From the NCBI GenBank assembly GCA_900088475.1, contig FLMG01003614.1:1-53867 (forward strand): a DNA stretch of 53,867 nucleotides, read 5' to 3'. The stretch comes from Hyphochytrium catenoides (Eukaryota > Protista > Hyphochytriomycota). Shown one piece after another: positions 12,049 to 24,049 of this stretch (positions are counted from its first letter, which is position 1; each line of letters opens with the position of its first letter). Under the pieces are notes generated by a model. That model was not told the origin of the DNA, made no database searches, and saw nothing but the letters and a program-made list of their open reading frames with translations. Made by a program: the position numbers and the translations under genes.

Positions 12049-12545
12049 GCTTATAGCTAAGCAACTCCACTCCTTTGTGGATCGTAACCTTTCCGTTGTC
12101 CTAAGCTGCTCCCGTCTCCGCTGCCCTTCAAGCCCTAGGAGACTTCCTTCAGGTCTTTAAGGTCTGTCTTCTCACTGCTGCGGCCCTCTTCTCAGTCTTC
12201 ACCTTCTTCCTTCCAGCCGCTATGCTCTTTGTTGCTGCTTCAGCGCTCATCTCGCGCTGCTCCGGGTGCCGTTCCCTGCCTTCGCCGCCCAGCTTCTGGA
12301 GAATCAGAATCTTGCCAAGGAGAACGTAGCTAGATGGCCTTCCTCCCAGAGCTCCCCCTGGGGCTACAAGGAGCCGCCAGTTAGCGGCTATTGCTGTAAC
12401 CTCCCTGTTAATCTGAGGGTCACGGGTCAAGCTTGTGAGGATTCAGGCGTATGATCTTAGCTACTTAGAGGCGGAGGACATGATGGGAAGCGGAATATTA
12501 TTGGGAAGGGAAGGTTGGCAGCAATTTGTCTACCAAAGGCTGCTG

Positions 12546-12577
<32 letters not shown>

Positions 12578-12643
12578 GTGTCTTTCTCTGTCTCTCTCTC
12601 TGTCTCTGTCTCTCCCCTCTCTCTCTCTGTCTCTCTCTCTGTC

Positions 12644-12692
<49 letters not shown>
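12546..12692 (+). repeat. (CT)n microsatellite with CTGT interruptions, start of a CT/GA-rich island extending to about 19560
   Basis: Directly visible dinucleotide tract of about 145 bp, followed by about 500 bp of pyrimidine-rich sequence. Confidence 0.95.
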
Positions 12693-12698
<6 letters not shown>

Positions 12699-13341
12699 AC
12701 CTTCAACCATCCCTCAGTCTTCTTCCTTTAATTCTCTCTCCTTTAGTTTCCTCCGCCCCAGCAAAATGTCTACATCTCTTGCTCTTGTTCCCTTCTCTTG
12801 TCTCTCTCAGAATCTCTCTGGTGCTCTCCTCTCTCTCACTCACTCCTTTCGCTCTCTCTTTCCTGTTGCTCTCTCAGACTCACGTCCCCTTAGCACCTTC
12901 TCTCTCTCATGTCTCCTTCCTCTTGCCTTGCCTTATTTCACCTCTTCACATGGTCCTTGCTCTTTCTCTTCCCTCTCTGCGTGCTTCAACGCTGCTCTAA
13001 AGCAATCCCTCTCTTCATGTCATTCGTCTCTCTATGAAGACCTTTTCCTCTTTCACTTATGTCGCCCTCCTCGTCCTGCTTCTTCTTAGCACCCTCACCA
13101 CTTCTCACAGAACGTCCTGAGCCTTCTTAGGGAAGACTCATCTCTCTCTTGGTGCTCCTATTGCTCTCTTTTCTTTTCTCATTCCCTCTTCTCGTTCCCG
13201 CGGCTTGCGGCAGAGGGCAATTCTTTCCACTAGCGACTTGAAGTGCAAAGGATTTTTCGCTTTGGGAAAGAGTTTGCACGCACCGTAGCTTGAGAGTGAG
13301 TCAGGGACTTTTAAGAACCAGCGGGTACAGCCAGCCCAGGA

Positions 13342-14870
13342 ATGGCCTCACAGTCCGAGCACCAGCTCGCCCTGGCGGTAGAGGAGCTGACAAAGAAGAA
13401 GCTTGACCTGCTAGAGCAGCAGAAGGCCGTGGCAGACAAGTTCCACACCGCGCTAACAGGCCCGGTGAGGGTGTTGCTTCCGCTCTCTTTTGTCTGTTGA
13501 GCACGTTCACTTTGCGTTTCCCATTGTGTTTCTCTGTTTCTCCCTGTCTTCATCCTTCTCTTCTCATGGGGCTTTCTGGTCGTAGAGGAATTATCTTTCT
13601 CGCATGTAACATCTCTCTCTTCGTTCTTTTGCGGTGTTATCTCTGTTCCTGCTGCATCTCTTAGAATGGACTGAACGAAGTCTCTCGGTTGACATGCAAG
13701 AACCTTGAAGCAGCGGTTGCAGCCTCTCGCCGACCTGGCTCTCTGCGGTATTATGAACCGCCAGAAGAAGCAGTGAAGTTTGTCAAAGACAAGGAGCTGC
13801 AGACTCTGAATAGTAAGCTCCTCAAGCTGCAGACAGACCTTCAGACGGTGAGTCCGTTAAATTTTTAACATTGAGTTTCCTTTGTCTCTTATCACATTCC
13901 CTTCTATATCTCCCTCTCTCTATTCTTTCTCGTTCTGTCTTTCCCATTTTCTCGCTCTCAATCTTTTTCTCCCTCTCTCTTTCCCACTGTCTCTCTTCTC
14001 ATTTCTCTCTCTTTCTATTTTGTTCTCTCTATTAGTCCTCTTTCTCTTCCTCTTGGTCGGTCAGTCCCTTGCTCTCTCATCCTCTCGCTCTCGCTCTCCC
14101 TCTTTCTCCCTTCTTACTTTCCTTCGCCCTATCTCTCTCTCGCTACGGCCAGTTCACTCAGCTTTCTGTTCTCTCGTCACTGAAAGCTTCTTACTCTCCT
14201 TAGCATAATTGGTGCATGTGGTCCATGCATATCATGGGTTTTAGGTCTTCAATTCTCCGTTCTGGCATCTCTTCCTGCTCTTTCTCTAGATCCGTCAGTG
14301 TTAGAAGAGCTAACTATATGGTCCGGCTGATGTAGGTGGAGGAAGATTTGCAGCGAGCCAGGGAGAAGCTACAGGAGATACAGCGACAAAGTCCTCAGCG
14401 GGACGTGAAGGATTTGAAAGAGGTGAGAGGCCAATCGCTAGTCAGGTCTACGTCCACCGCCTTTTCTTCTGAGACTTTTCAGTACTTTGTGCTGATGCTC
14501 TTCTTCCCGCCCATGCTAGCTCTCTCGTCTTCCTCCCTCTCTCTCTTTTGACCTAGTATTTCTGCTACATTCTGATTTTCGTCCTAGTGGTTTGGCACCC
14601 ATGGAAGTCCAAAGCCTCAGGCGCCAGGGTATCTCACAGCATTCGAAAAGAACCCTAAAATTTACGGCGGTACTGAGCACTATCCAGGTAAATGTCACTT
14701 GTCACTTGTACGCTCTGGCTGCTTCTCGGCTCAGAGCTATCTTTGCCCTCATAACCGCCCCGATCTCCCTCTGTCTCTCTTGGAATGGCTCTCCACTGTT
14801 TCTCAACTCGTGCCGTCCAGCTTTCAAGAGCCAGGCGACTGTGATGAAGAAAGGAAGACTCACACGGTAG
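13342..14870 (+). CDS. Hypothetical coiled-coil protein, about 180 aa, 5 exons
   Basis: GT-AG exons join in frame: MASQSEHQLALAVEELTKKK...TGP | NGLNEVSR...LQT | VEEDLQR...LKE | WFGTHGSPKP...EHYP | AFKSQATVMKKGRLTR*. Confidence 0.7.
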
Positions 14871-15113
14871 CAGACCTACGGGATTATTAGGTCTAAGAAG
14901 AGCGGGAAGATGGCTTCATCATAGGCATAGCAAGGATGCATCGCCCCAATAAACAAGCACTAGGTTATATGTATAGTGCTCTGATAAATCGTATGAGGCT
15001 CCAGGAGAGGAAGAAAGTCGTCAAGCGTCTTCCTTGGCTCAACTCTATCCGTATTTCCTCTTCTACTTCTCTATTAATTGCTTCAATCTATAAATAATGC
15101 TGCTATTATCCTC

Positions 15114-17861
15114 CTACGCGCTAACCCCATTGAGCAGCTGGTTCATTGAGGTCGAGAACTCATGAGCAGAGAGAATTCTGTGACTGTTCACTAGGCCTTC
15201 CACAAAAGATTCTGCATCCTCTGTCGACACGTAGCAAGCTTCGGCTAGCGCTGACGCTACGTCTTTAGGACTGTAGCCATGCTGGGCTGCAGCAGCAAAC
15301 ATACTGCACGGCAGAGAGAGAAGTAGGCGTCATAAGGTGATGGGAAAGAATACGGTTCTGAACAGTCTAAGTAGAAGGCGAGGCCCACTGAGTAAAGGGC
15401 CACGAGGTTCACGAGATGACAGATAGTCCTATAAAGACAAGGCGTTCTGTACACTTCAGTTCTTGAGAGCTTTCCCCTGTCATTACTAGAAAACGTTATC
15501 GAGTGCAACGCAATGGGACACAAGTCGCCACAGACAAGGGGAGAGACACTACAAAGCAGCTCAACAAAACCGTTTATGCTCACCTGCAGGCTGTCTGCTT
15601 ATAACTGAGTCTCGCACCCAAGAAGAGTGCTCTAGCCACTGCTCGAAGCCCACCACTGTTCAGCCGAAAGAGAATCTTGGCAATCTTCGATGGATGAAGA
15701 CCCACGCCGCCCTGTAGCCACCACTGTTAGTTTATACCTTTAAAGAGTCTAGGCGTTTTCCCTTCACGACACCAGTGCTATCCTTCGTGCATCCTAACCC
15801 GTAGATAACTTTGCCTAGAGGCTTTGGAGCCTAGGTTTGACTCCACTTGAGCTCCTTGGTTAGGAATGCACTACCGTACCTTGACATAGAGAGAATATAC
15901 CACGGCATCTAAAGCTGCCAATGCATGAAAGAGAGCAGCGGCAGCATCTTCTAAGGTCATTCCAGCGCCCTAACCAAGAGTGGAAGTGGAGAGAGAGAGG
16001 AACGGTTTAATGTTCCTTCTTGCGTCTACTAGGGTGACAAAGATGGACTAAAGAGAAGGAAGAGACAACGAGAGAGAGAGAGAGGCCTTGGTACCTTCTG
16101 ATGGTGCAACGCCCAAGCAACCACCTCCATAGGAAAGTTGGCCCTGAGGAGGGCACAGGCCGTATCATCAGCCGATAGTGCCGCTCCAGCCTTGGAGTGC
16201 ATGGCCTTGGCAATTTCCTCAACGCTCATGTTTGCACCATGGGAGCTGTAGAGTGCCTGTGCCACCTCAGAGTAGAGAAGGCCTAGATCTAATTGATCTC
16301 GAAGGCTCTAGAGGAATAACGCATAAAGACGTATGTATGGTCAGCAGAATGTCACGCAAAGAGACAAAGAGAGCAACTGAATAGGTACAATCATGCTCGA
16401 AAGAGTAAGGAATAAATGTTCCATGTCCGTTGGAACAGTCGGTAGAGCGCTTATGTATGGCAGAGGGTAACAGCCTGGCCTATAAAGACTGCCAGAGGTA
16501 CAAGAGTATCCGTGGCGAACACGAGCAATGAAAACCAAGTAAGCGGAAGAAGAGGTCCTGGCGTCCACTGTCTCACCTTGCCTATCAACACCAATGACCT
16601 AGCGATGTATTCAGGCAACGCACCGAGGGCGACTAGCCCTGAGGCCGCATTGCATAGCAGATGACCGTTCTTGAGAGAGTTCCATGGATATTCCTCCCCT
16701 TGCATAGGCAGGAGACCTGTGCAGTCCAAGGTAACTCTCGAGCAAGATGAAGAAGAGAGGCCATTTCTCTCCTGCTGTTCTTTTCTCTCTCTGTCTCGCT
16801 CGTATTCTTGGCGGTAGAAGAAGGAGAGGAACTGGACTATAGTGTCTACTGGCCAAAGAAGACGCGTGTAGAGATTGCAGACGACACTTTCGACGGATGA
16901 GCCGTAGCGGGCTAGAAGATGACAGGCAACCACTCGCCTATGTATGGGAAGCAGAGGAACGAGAGGGAGCGCTGGATCTCGCTTGCGCCCTCCCATGAGG
17001 TTATGTCCCTTCTGCTTCCGGGCACAGCTAAAGGCAGTCTTCCTTTTCTTTTCCCATCTCCCCGTCACTTCTTCTGTTGGTTCTTCCTCAGGTCTTGGCC
17101 ACCGTCCGTGTTTACAATCTTCCCTGCTATATAACCTCACAGCCGCGAGAGAAGAAGAAGAAGAGCGTTTTCTTCGCTTTCCTCGCTTTAACGTAGAGTG
17201 AGCAGAAAGAAGCTCTTGCAAGGATACAAAGGCGTCTACCCAGTCATTCCGCGGCACTAAGCGGTACAGGTTATCCCATAAAATGGATTCTGCAGACAAG
17301 TGAGTGTAAGAAAGTGGCTGTCAAGACCAGAGAGAGAGAGGGAGAGAGAGAAGAAGAAGAAGAAGAAGAAAGGTAGGAGAGAGAGACAAGGACCAAGACG
17401 TTTGAAAGAAAATAACAAAGAGAGGAAACTTAGCGGCAAGAGAAGAAGCGGACAGAGATGAAAATTGGTGGTCAAACAAGGCAAAGTCTACGACAAAGAT
17501 TAAGAAAGTACACGAGACATAAGAGGAGCCGCTGAAAGAGAAGGCGAGAGAGAGGACCGAAAGGAAATAAGGACAGAGAAACGGAGAAAGAGAGAGAGAG
17601 AGAGAAAGAAAAGGAAACGAAAGAGACACGCTTACCAGAGACCACATAGCTGCAATCTTTAGAGACCAATCTCAAGTGGGATAGCTCCTCGAGAGTGAGG
17701 AACTGCAGCCAGTGAAAGTGAATGTCATCGCCTAACGCTAAGAACGAACTCGCCCCGTTCTCTCGCTCTGGCCCGTCTTCTCTCTCCTCAGACTCTGGCT
17801 GCGGACTACCAGCCGATGAGGACGCCGAAGAATCTTCTTCAAGTTCGGGAAGTCCCTCCAT
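15114..17861 (-). CDS. F-box protein with C-terminal short helical repeats (about 6 exons)
   Basis: F-box-like FLALGDDIHFHWLQFLTLEELSHLRLVSKDC...ESILW. Later exons carry repeated xExxAxAL units. Confidence 0.65.
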
Positions 17862-18272
17862 CCAGAGCACCAGGCTCAGCATGTTGAGAGAGAATAAAGA
17901 GACAGCGGAGCGATGCTGGAGAAAGGAAGTCAATGGGAGACGCGGTAAGAGTAGGAAAGTGAGGGATCCTCGCTATCTGTCTCGCCGTGTCATAACTGTT
18001 CTCTGCAAGATGGAGCTCGCCGTCATCGCTGACCCTCTCTCTCTCTCTCTTTCTCTCTCTCTATCTTTCCGTTTCTCTTTCTTCCGAGCTCTCTGCCTCA
18101 GCGTCAGGTCCAGCTATCCATCTCCTCAACTGAGTTGAAAGAGTTGTCCGTCTTCGTCATCGAGAGCCTGTTATCGCAATCTGCGTCTCTGTATGAACGT
18201 CAGTGTGCGCGGGAGATTGGAAAAGTGTTGAGACTGAGAGGGGAGATGGCCAGCGGGAGGGAGAAAAAGAGA

Positions 18273-18657
18273 NNNNNNNNNNNNNNNNNNNNNNNNNNNN
18301 NNNNNNNNNNNNNNNNNNNNNNNNNNNNNNNNNNTTGACAAACTGCCAACCTGCCAGAAAGAAACAGACAAATGGCGCCAAGCATCTAAGAACAAAAAGC
18401 GGAAGAGAGACACAGAGAGGGAGAGAGACTGCTTAGAGAGAGAGAGAGAAAGAGAGAAAGAGAGAGAGAGAGAGAAAAGAGCGCAAGGACTCGACAGACA
18501 GAGAAACAGCGGAACAACGGGTGACAATAGAAGAGCCATCATGAGGGGGAGATGACAACAAGGCGGTAAGAGACATCAAGGAACCAACGAATGAGATAGA
18601 GAACATAGGAAAGAAAGAAGGAAAGAGGAAGAAAGAGAAAAAGGAAGAGAGAGAGAG

Positions 18658-18690
<33 letters not shown>

Positions 18691-19507
18691 NNNNNNNNNN
18701 NNNNNNNNNNNNNNNNNNNNNNNNNNNNNNNNNNNNNNNNNNNNNNNNNNNNNNNNNNAGAGAGAGAGAGTGAGAGAGAGAGAGAATGACATGGGAGCAG
18801 AGAGGCAGGTAAGGGGGCGAAAGAGACGATGGAAGGGGAGGTTTGCTTCTCTGTCTTTTTATACTGCGTGAGAAACGGCGGTGGGACGGCACCAAGAAGC
18901 TCTCACTCACTAGGTGGGTCGGTCGATTGGAAGAGAGAGGAAAGGGAGAAGGTGCAGCAGCAGTGCGCGGTGGAGAGAGAGGAAGAGTAATTTAATAATA
19001 CAGAGAAAAAGAGACAGAGAGAGAGAGAGAAGTGTAACAGTCAGTCCACCCCAAGATTGCCGGAGTGTCTGTGTTTGGGAAAGAGAGAGAGTGAGAGAGA
19101 GAGACAGAGAGAGAGACCCATCTTTGTATAGAATATCTTAGAAAGAACTGTGAGGGAGGAATGGAGAAAGAAGCCAGCCTTGGGTTTGTGGCGTGCGTGC
19201 GTGTGTGTGAGAGAGAGAGAGAGAAAAAGAGAAAGAGATTGTCCAAGAGATGAGGGAAGAAAAGGCTCAGCTTACTACTTCTTTTTCTTCCACACGTCTC
19301 TCTCTCTCTCTCTCTGTTTCTGTTCCTCTCCAGCTGACAGGCGGACCAATCAGCCCCAAAGGCCTCTCTCTCCCTGCTGCTTGCTCCCTCGCTTCCTACC
19401 CAGATGCTTGGCGNNNNNNNNNNNNNNNNNNNNNNNNNNNNNNNNNNNNNNNNNNNNNNNNNNNNNNNNNNNNNNNNNNNNNNNNNNNNNNNNNNNNNNN
19501 NNNNNNN
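18273..19507. repeat. (GA)n/(CT)n low-complexity region containing three assembly gaps (18273-18334, 18691-18758, 19414-19507)
   Basis: N runs flanked by GA/CT dinucleotide tracts. Confidence 0.9.
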
Positions 19508-21217
19508 TCTCTCTCTCTTCCCTCCCTCCTCTCCGTTCCGTTCGTCCACCCTTCCTTTTATAATGCCTGCAAAGGCACAGCGCCACAGTCAAGTCATCTA
19601 GTTCTACCATCCTCAATCTCTGTGCTTCATGGTTGAGCTGCTCCAGTCGTCCACGTCGCCATCCGCTTCTTTTCAGGCCGTCAAGCTCTGAACATTAGTC
19701 CTAGCTTCTCATCTTGAACATCTGTCGCTTCTCTATGGCTGGAGTTCGCTCCAATTCGCAGCCTCTGACTTAAGGTATAGAAACTTGACTTGCCGCGCCA
19801 ACACCGCCTATTGTGGCTGGTGATGATGGATCTAACTCTTTATGCCGGACCTCTGGGCCGTTGCATGGGGGCAGGATGTACCCTTGGGCTTGTTGGTGAC
19901 GTTGTATCGGAGTGCGTCTCCTGGCAGATGGCATGTCTTTCGTCTCTAGCGCTTAAGTAAAAAACATATTTTCAGAGAGACCGAGGACGGATGGTTATGA
20001 TCGAGGTTATTAGTCGTCACTAACTCGGCTTGGTCTTTCAACTCTCTTCTCTGGTGATGGATAGGCGGCGGCACACTACTACTATCAGATTGCTTGGGGA
20101 ACAGAGATAGACCTCTACTTGTCGGTGCCTTCACTCTCAGCAACGAGGTCTCCGCCATCATCTGAGAGTTGACTCAAGAGATTGCATGGCCCCGCTCCTA
20201 CGAAGTACCATCTCCCTTCTGTTTAGTGGTAGCCCCAAAATATGGGGCATACGGGCGATTTACAGTCTGAAGAGACAGTGCTGTGAAGGAGTGGGATAAG
20301 ATAGTCCTTATTCTCCTTTGGACTCATGTTAGAGCCCCACCTGGCTATTTGCAGCTGACGTGCAGCCTTCTGAACAGTCTGTGCCAGAGTTTGGCTAGCT
20401 TTAGAGTCTCTCTGGTGACCTGCCAGCCAGCCACTGATGCTGGCCATGATGAGTACTTTAGCACTTTCAGCTATGATAGCAGTGTTTTCGATCAAAGTGA
20501 TAGTAAGGCGAAGAGCACTACAGCTTCCTTCTAAAACCTGCAAGGTTTCTATCACCATGAAAGGTCACTACCTCTAGTGTTTACAGTTTGTTCAGGGACG
20601 AGCGCTCAAGGCTTCTTTTATATCTGCTGGCGATACTTGGGCAATAACTGCTGCGATACGATGTGTATCTTATTATCACCCATTCGCATAGGTTTAGTGG
20701 GTCACGTTAGGCGACAGATAGATGAAAGATGTAACCTTTTATCGCTATGTGCCGCTCACGCTCACTCACTCTACCTTCTTGGTAAGTGAAGGCTTGTTCT
20801 TACTACTCGAGTCTGCGTGTGGCCACCTGCCTCCAAACGCTATAGCCAGATCTTCCTGGGTAGATTGAATGGGAGATGTAGCGCTGGTGAGTTGACTTCC
20901 TCGTCTTCACGCGTAAGAACATTGACATAAGGTTATGAGAAGGCACCATCGCGCGTTTACCAAGCGTTACCTAGCAAAACGCTGTGAAAGTCTTCCAGAC
21001 AGAGGTGGAGACAAAGGAGGCAAAGAGATATCAAATGCAGTACTAAAGGGAGCATTTGAACAGCGTCCTCTTCAGAGACTATTCGGCTCTCTGTCCATGT
21101 CATAGTTGTAGCGTACCGCCGAGAGTTTGAGCTTCGCCAGTGGCGTTTGCGTGTCAATCATCCAACACGTCTAAGTGAAGAAGCTCAGGTACGCTGCTTC
21201 CTTCAATATGTACTCAA

Positions 21218-23002
21218 TCACTGCTGGTCGTTGAGGTATTGATACTGCTTGTAGCGATAGAGCCCGGCTTCTACCGCCCCAGCAACTTCGACTGGGTCTG
21301 CCTCTTGACTGGGTACTCGGATCCAGTGCACAGTGACGTGGCTCAGATTTTCCCAGAGGGCACTATCCAGTTTTGAGCGCTGATCATCCCATAAGAGGAT
21401 TACCGTGGCACCCCGCGGTAGCCATACCGCGGCGAGACTTCCGCCACCTACCATGGCAACGACCACCTTCGTTGTTGCCATTAGGCGCATTTGGTCTGCC
21501 CAAGAGTAATCTGCAAGATTTAAGCCCTCCATCACTTCCGCCTGGCTGTCTGTCGCCGCCAATCTTTCTCGGACCAGTGCCACAGCCTTAGTGACGCTCT
21601 TGTTGGCCCACTGAGCTCTCCCTCCGACCTTCGCCAGGAAGATCACATCATGGATGCCATCCGTAGGCTTAAACAATGTGGAGGATTGCACTCCAGCCGG
21701 CACCAGTCCTGCTCGGACCATGAAGGCTTCCCGGAAACGGTAATATGTGTCTCCGTGTCCCACATTCTGCAGATCGTGGTGTTTTGGATTCAGATATTTC
21801 CCGTGCTCACTATAATCCAGCCCGTGATCTGTTAGCATACTCGTACCGACTGTTAAGCGGTCAAAGCACACAAGAGGAAGCTTGTTGCCTAGTAGTACCT
21901 GTGCATTGGTGCCCGTAAGGTTAGATATCGCTTCGAGCAGGGAATCTCTGGAATACTTCCTTTGCAAGACCTCTACCGAGTACTGCTGCCTTGTGAACAC
22001 GTCTACTAGCTTCTTGTTTAGCTTATCGCAAAATTCCCTGGAGGAAGCCCCAAGCATGGCGAGGAAGTCACAATTTTGCATCCACGGTCGTTTGGTCTGA
22101 AGACGAAGGGGCATGACATTAAGAGAGCTCAGACTAAACATCTCTAGTTGCCTGAACCAAGGGAAGATCTGATCGAAGAGAATATGACCAAAGTTCTCCG
22201 CATTGTATTCGACGAATAATGCCGCCACAAACTTTGAGGACTGCTCGTCCTCAGCCCTTCCTTGTGGGAGGCTTGGTTCAGTGCCGCTACCCTCCTCAGC
22301 AGCTTTCGGCCTAGCCCAGTCCCCAAGACTTTTGCCAGACTTTGAGTTGACTTGTTGACGTGTTGACCACCGATTGAAGTCGTCGGCCCAAATTATTCTG
22401 CCGACATCTGGCAGAGGAGCATCTACGACAACAGGCTGCCATCGGACAGGAGGGTCGCAGACGTGCTCATTGCAAAGTGCTGAGGCGGATACGGCCATAT
22501 CCTCGGCCCTGACGTGATCGAACTGGCTTCTGTAATAGTAGAAGATTCCATCGTCATTGCCGTCATAGCAAACGTTCCTTAGTAGACAGGTCCTGTACTT
22601 CCAGCCATCAGGGGTTCCTGTGTGTCCCACACAATTATGCCATGAATGCATCACATACGAGGCGGCTTCCTGGTCAGCCGGTGTTAATGTTCCAGAATCG
22701 AGCCCTCCTTGCAGCCGCTTTAGGCGCAGCCATGGTTTACTCCCCATCTTAGCAGCAACCTCAGACCCATCGGTTGTGGATGCAGAAGCATCATGGCATG
22801 ATGCAGACACATCATGGGACACCTCCGCGCAAGAAAGCCCTTGATAATCCCAGGAAGAGAGAGCTACAGGATCTGACTGTAGCTGGGAAATGCTGACCGA
22901 GGACAGCTTCCTTCCTGTCGTCAGACCACCTTGGAGACAAGGAGTCGAAGCCGCCAGTAGGAAGACAATACTAGCTGGCGTGACGTATTCACCTTTACCC
23001 AT
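21218..23002 (-). CDS. Glycosyltransferase family 61 (DUF563-like), single exon
   Basis: Long ORF (to 23188) with an N-terminal hydrophobic segment after MGKGEY, then RTCLLRNVCY, NFGHILFDQIFP, VCFDRLTVG and SWADQMRLMATTKVVVAMVGGGSLAAVWLPRGATVI. Confidence 0.8.
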   Translation of the reverse strand: MGKGEYVTPASIVFLLAASTPCLQGGLTTGRKLSSVSISQLQSDPVALSSWDYQGLSCAEVSHDVSASCHDASASTTDGSEVAAKMGSKPWLRLKRLQGGLDSGTLTPADQEAASYVMHSWHNCVGHTGTPDGWKYRTCLLRNVCYDGNDDGIFYYYRSQFDHVRAEDMAVSASALCNEHVCDPPVRWQPVVVDAPLPDVGRIIWADDFNRWSTRQQVNSKSGKSLGDWARPKAAEEGSGTEPSLPQGRAEDEQSSKFVAALFVEYNAENFGHILFDQIFPWFRQLEMFSLSSLNVMPLRLQTKRPWMQNCDFLAMLGASSREFCDKLNKKLVDVFTRQQYSVEVLQRKYSRDSLLEAISNLTGTNAQVLLGNKLPLVCFDRLTVGTSMLTDHGLDYSEHGKYLNPKHHDLQNVGHGDTYYRFREAFMVRAGLVPAGVQSSTLFKPTDGIHDVIFLAKVGGRAQWANKSVTKAVALVRERLAATDSQAEVMEGLNLADYSWADQMRLMATTKVVVAMVGGGSLAAVWLPRGATVILLWDDQRSKLDSALWENLSHVTVHWIRVPSQEADPVEVAGAVEAGLYRYKQYQYLNDQQ

Positions 23003-23613
23003 CTCGCTCCTTGGCGCCTTATATTTCTCTCTTCTGTTGCCGTGTGTTGCCAGAATAAAGCGGCGCGAGGAATTTTTATTCTGCTGATTGACTCGTAAGG
23101 CAGGCAGCGGTGGAGGACATCTTGCTGCGCTTTGCTTTCCCTTCACCGCAGCTATCCCTACTAGTGAGTCGCTGTCAGAGCAGATCAATCTGATGCTGCC
23201 TTCAGCATGCCGAGCATCCCTCTTCTTGCTTCCAAGATAGAGACACGCGTGTCTATACTCTGGGTCCTCACACTCGCCAGTCTCACATCAGCGATCTATC
23301 CGCTAAAGAATGCCTACGACGTTCATGGCCACACACAGCCATTATTAGGGTGGTTCGTCTGTTCCTCAAAGAGCTTCCCCCGAACGTCTGTCCTCAATCC
23401 AATATTAATCATTAGTGTCCATCTTGTAGAGCTACCATAGCAGCATCACTGTGGCTGTTCATAGCAGTAGTTCTACTCTAGTTCTAGTAGGCATGCTGCT
23501 TGAAGAACAGCTACAGCTTGAACCATAGGCTCGTTCACAAAACAGTAGTAAGGTGCGGATTAGGATATAGCCAGAGTATATGTAAATATGTCTGTGAACC
23601 CATTTCAGGAGCA

Positions 23614-23686
23614 TCCCAGTTAGTCTAGGTGGTTAGGATAGCTGGCTTTCACCCAGCAGACCCGGGTTCGAGTCCCGGACTGGGAA
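23614..23686 (+). tRNA. trnE-UUC: tRNA-Glu (anticodon TTC)
   Basis: Acceptor stem TCCCAGT/ACTGGGA, anticodon arm GCTGG-CT-TTC-AC-CCAGC, T-loop GTTCGAG, followed by a T5 Pol III terminator at 23691. Confidence 0.97.
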
Positions 23687-24049
23687 AAACTTTTTGCTTT
23701 TTGATCTGTTACAGACAGGTCCCAGCGCATTTGACGTTAGCGGTACTTATATGGGGTCACAAGCTAAATGAAGCGATCAGAAGCCAACAAAAACCAATGA
23801 CGAAGCTTCTTACAATAGAAAAGTGGAGTTGACCATTATGACAGCAGCAACGGGAGTCTAAGTCAGTCTATGAAAGCGTTCCTGTCATACCGCAGGTTGA
23901 AAGAGGCAACTGCGCAGGCGAGAGTAGCTAGAGGTCTATCTTCTCTTGCTCGAACAATGCCAGTTTTGAACTGGATAGCATTGGCACGGGAGTAGCAGTC
24001 TTGGACATCAAGTGTCAAGAGACAGAGAACCAGAGGCTTGTCCCTCATT

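Noticed and set aside
12435-13089. ORFs rich in SLSLSL or RERERE (also at 13882-14208, 17257-17647 and 18135-19636)
   Set aside because: They are translations of (CT)n/(GA)n microsatellites and N gaps, not proteins.
18376-19413. 12-bp inverted repeat AGATGCTTGGCG as transposon termini
   Set aside because: It is short, one copy abuts an assembly gap, and there is no transposase or target-site duplication; likely chance or a gap-filling artefact.
19560-21160. Minus-strand gene from short ORFs (19946-20161, 20223-20558, 20957-21157)
   Set aside because: I could not build a consistent spliced frame or recognise any motif. It may be real but is unsupported.
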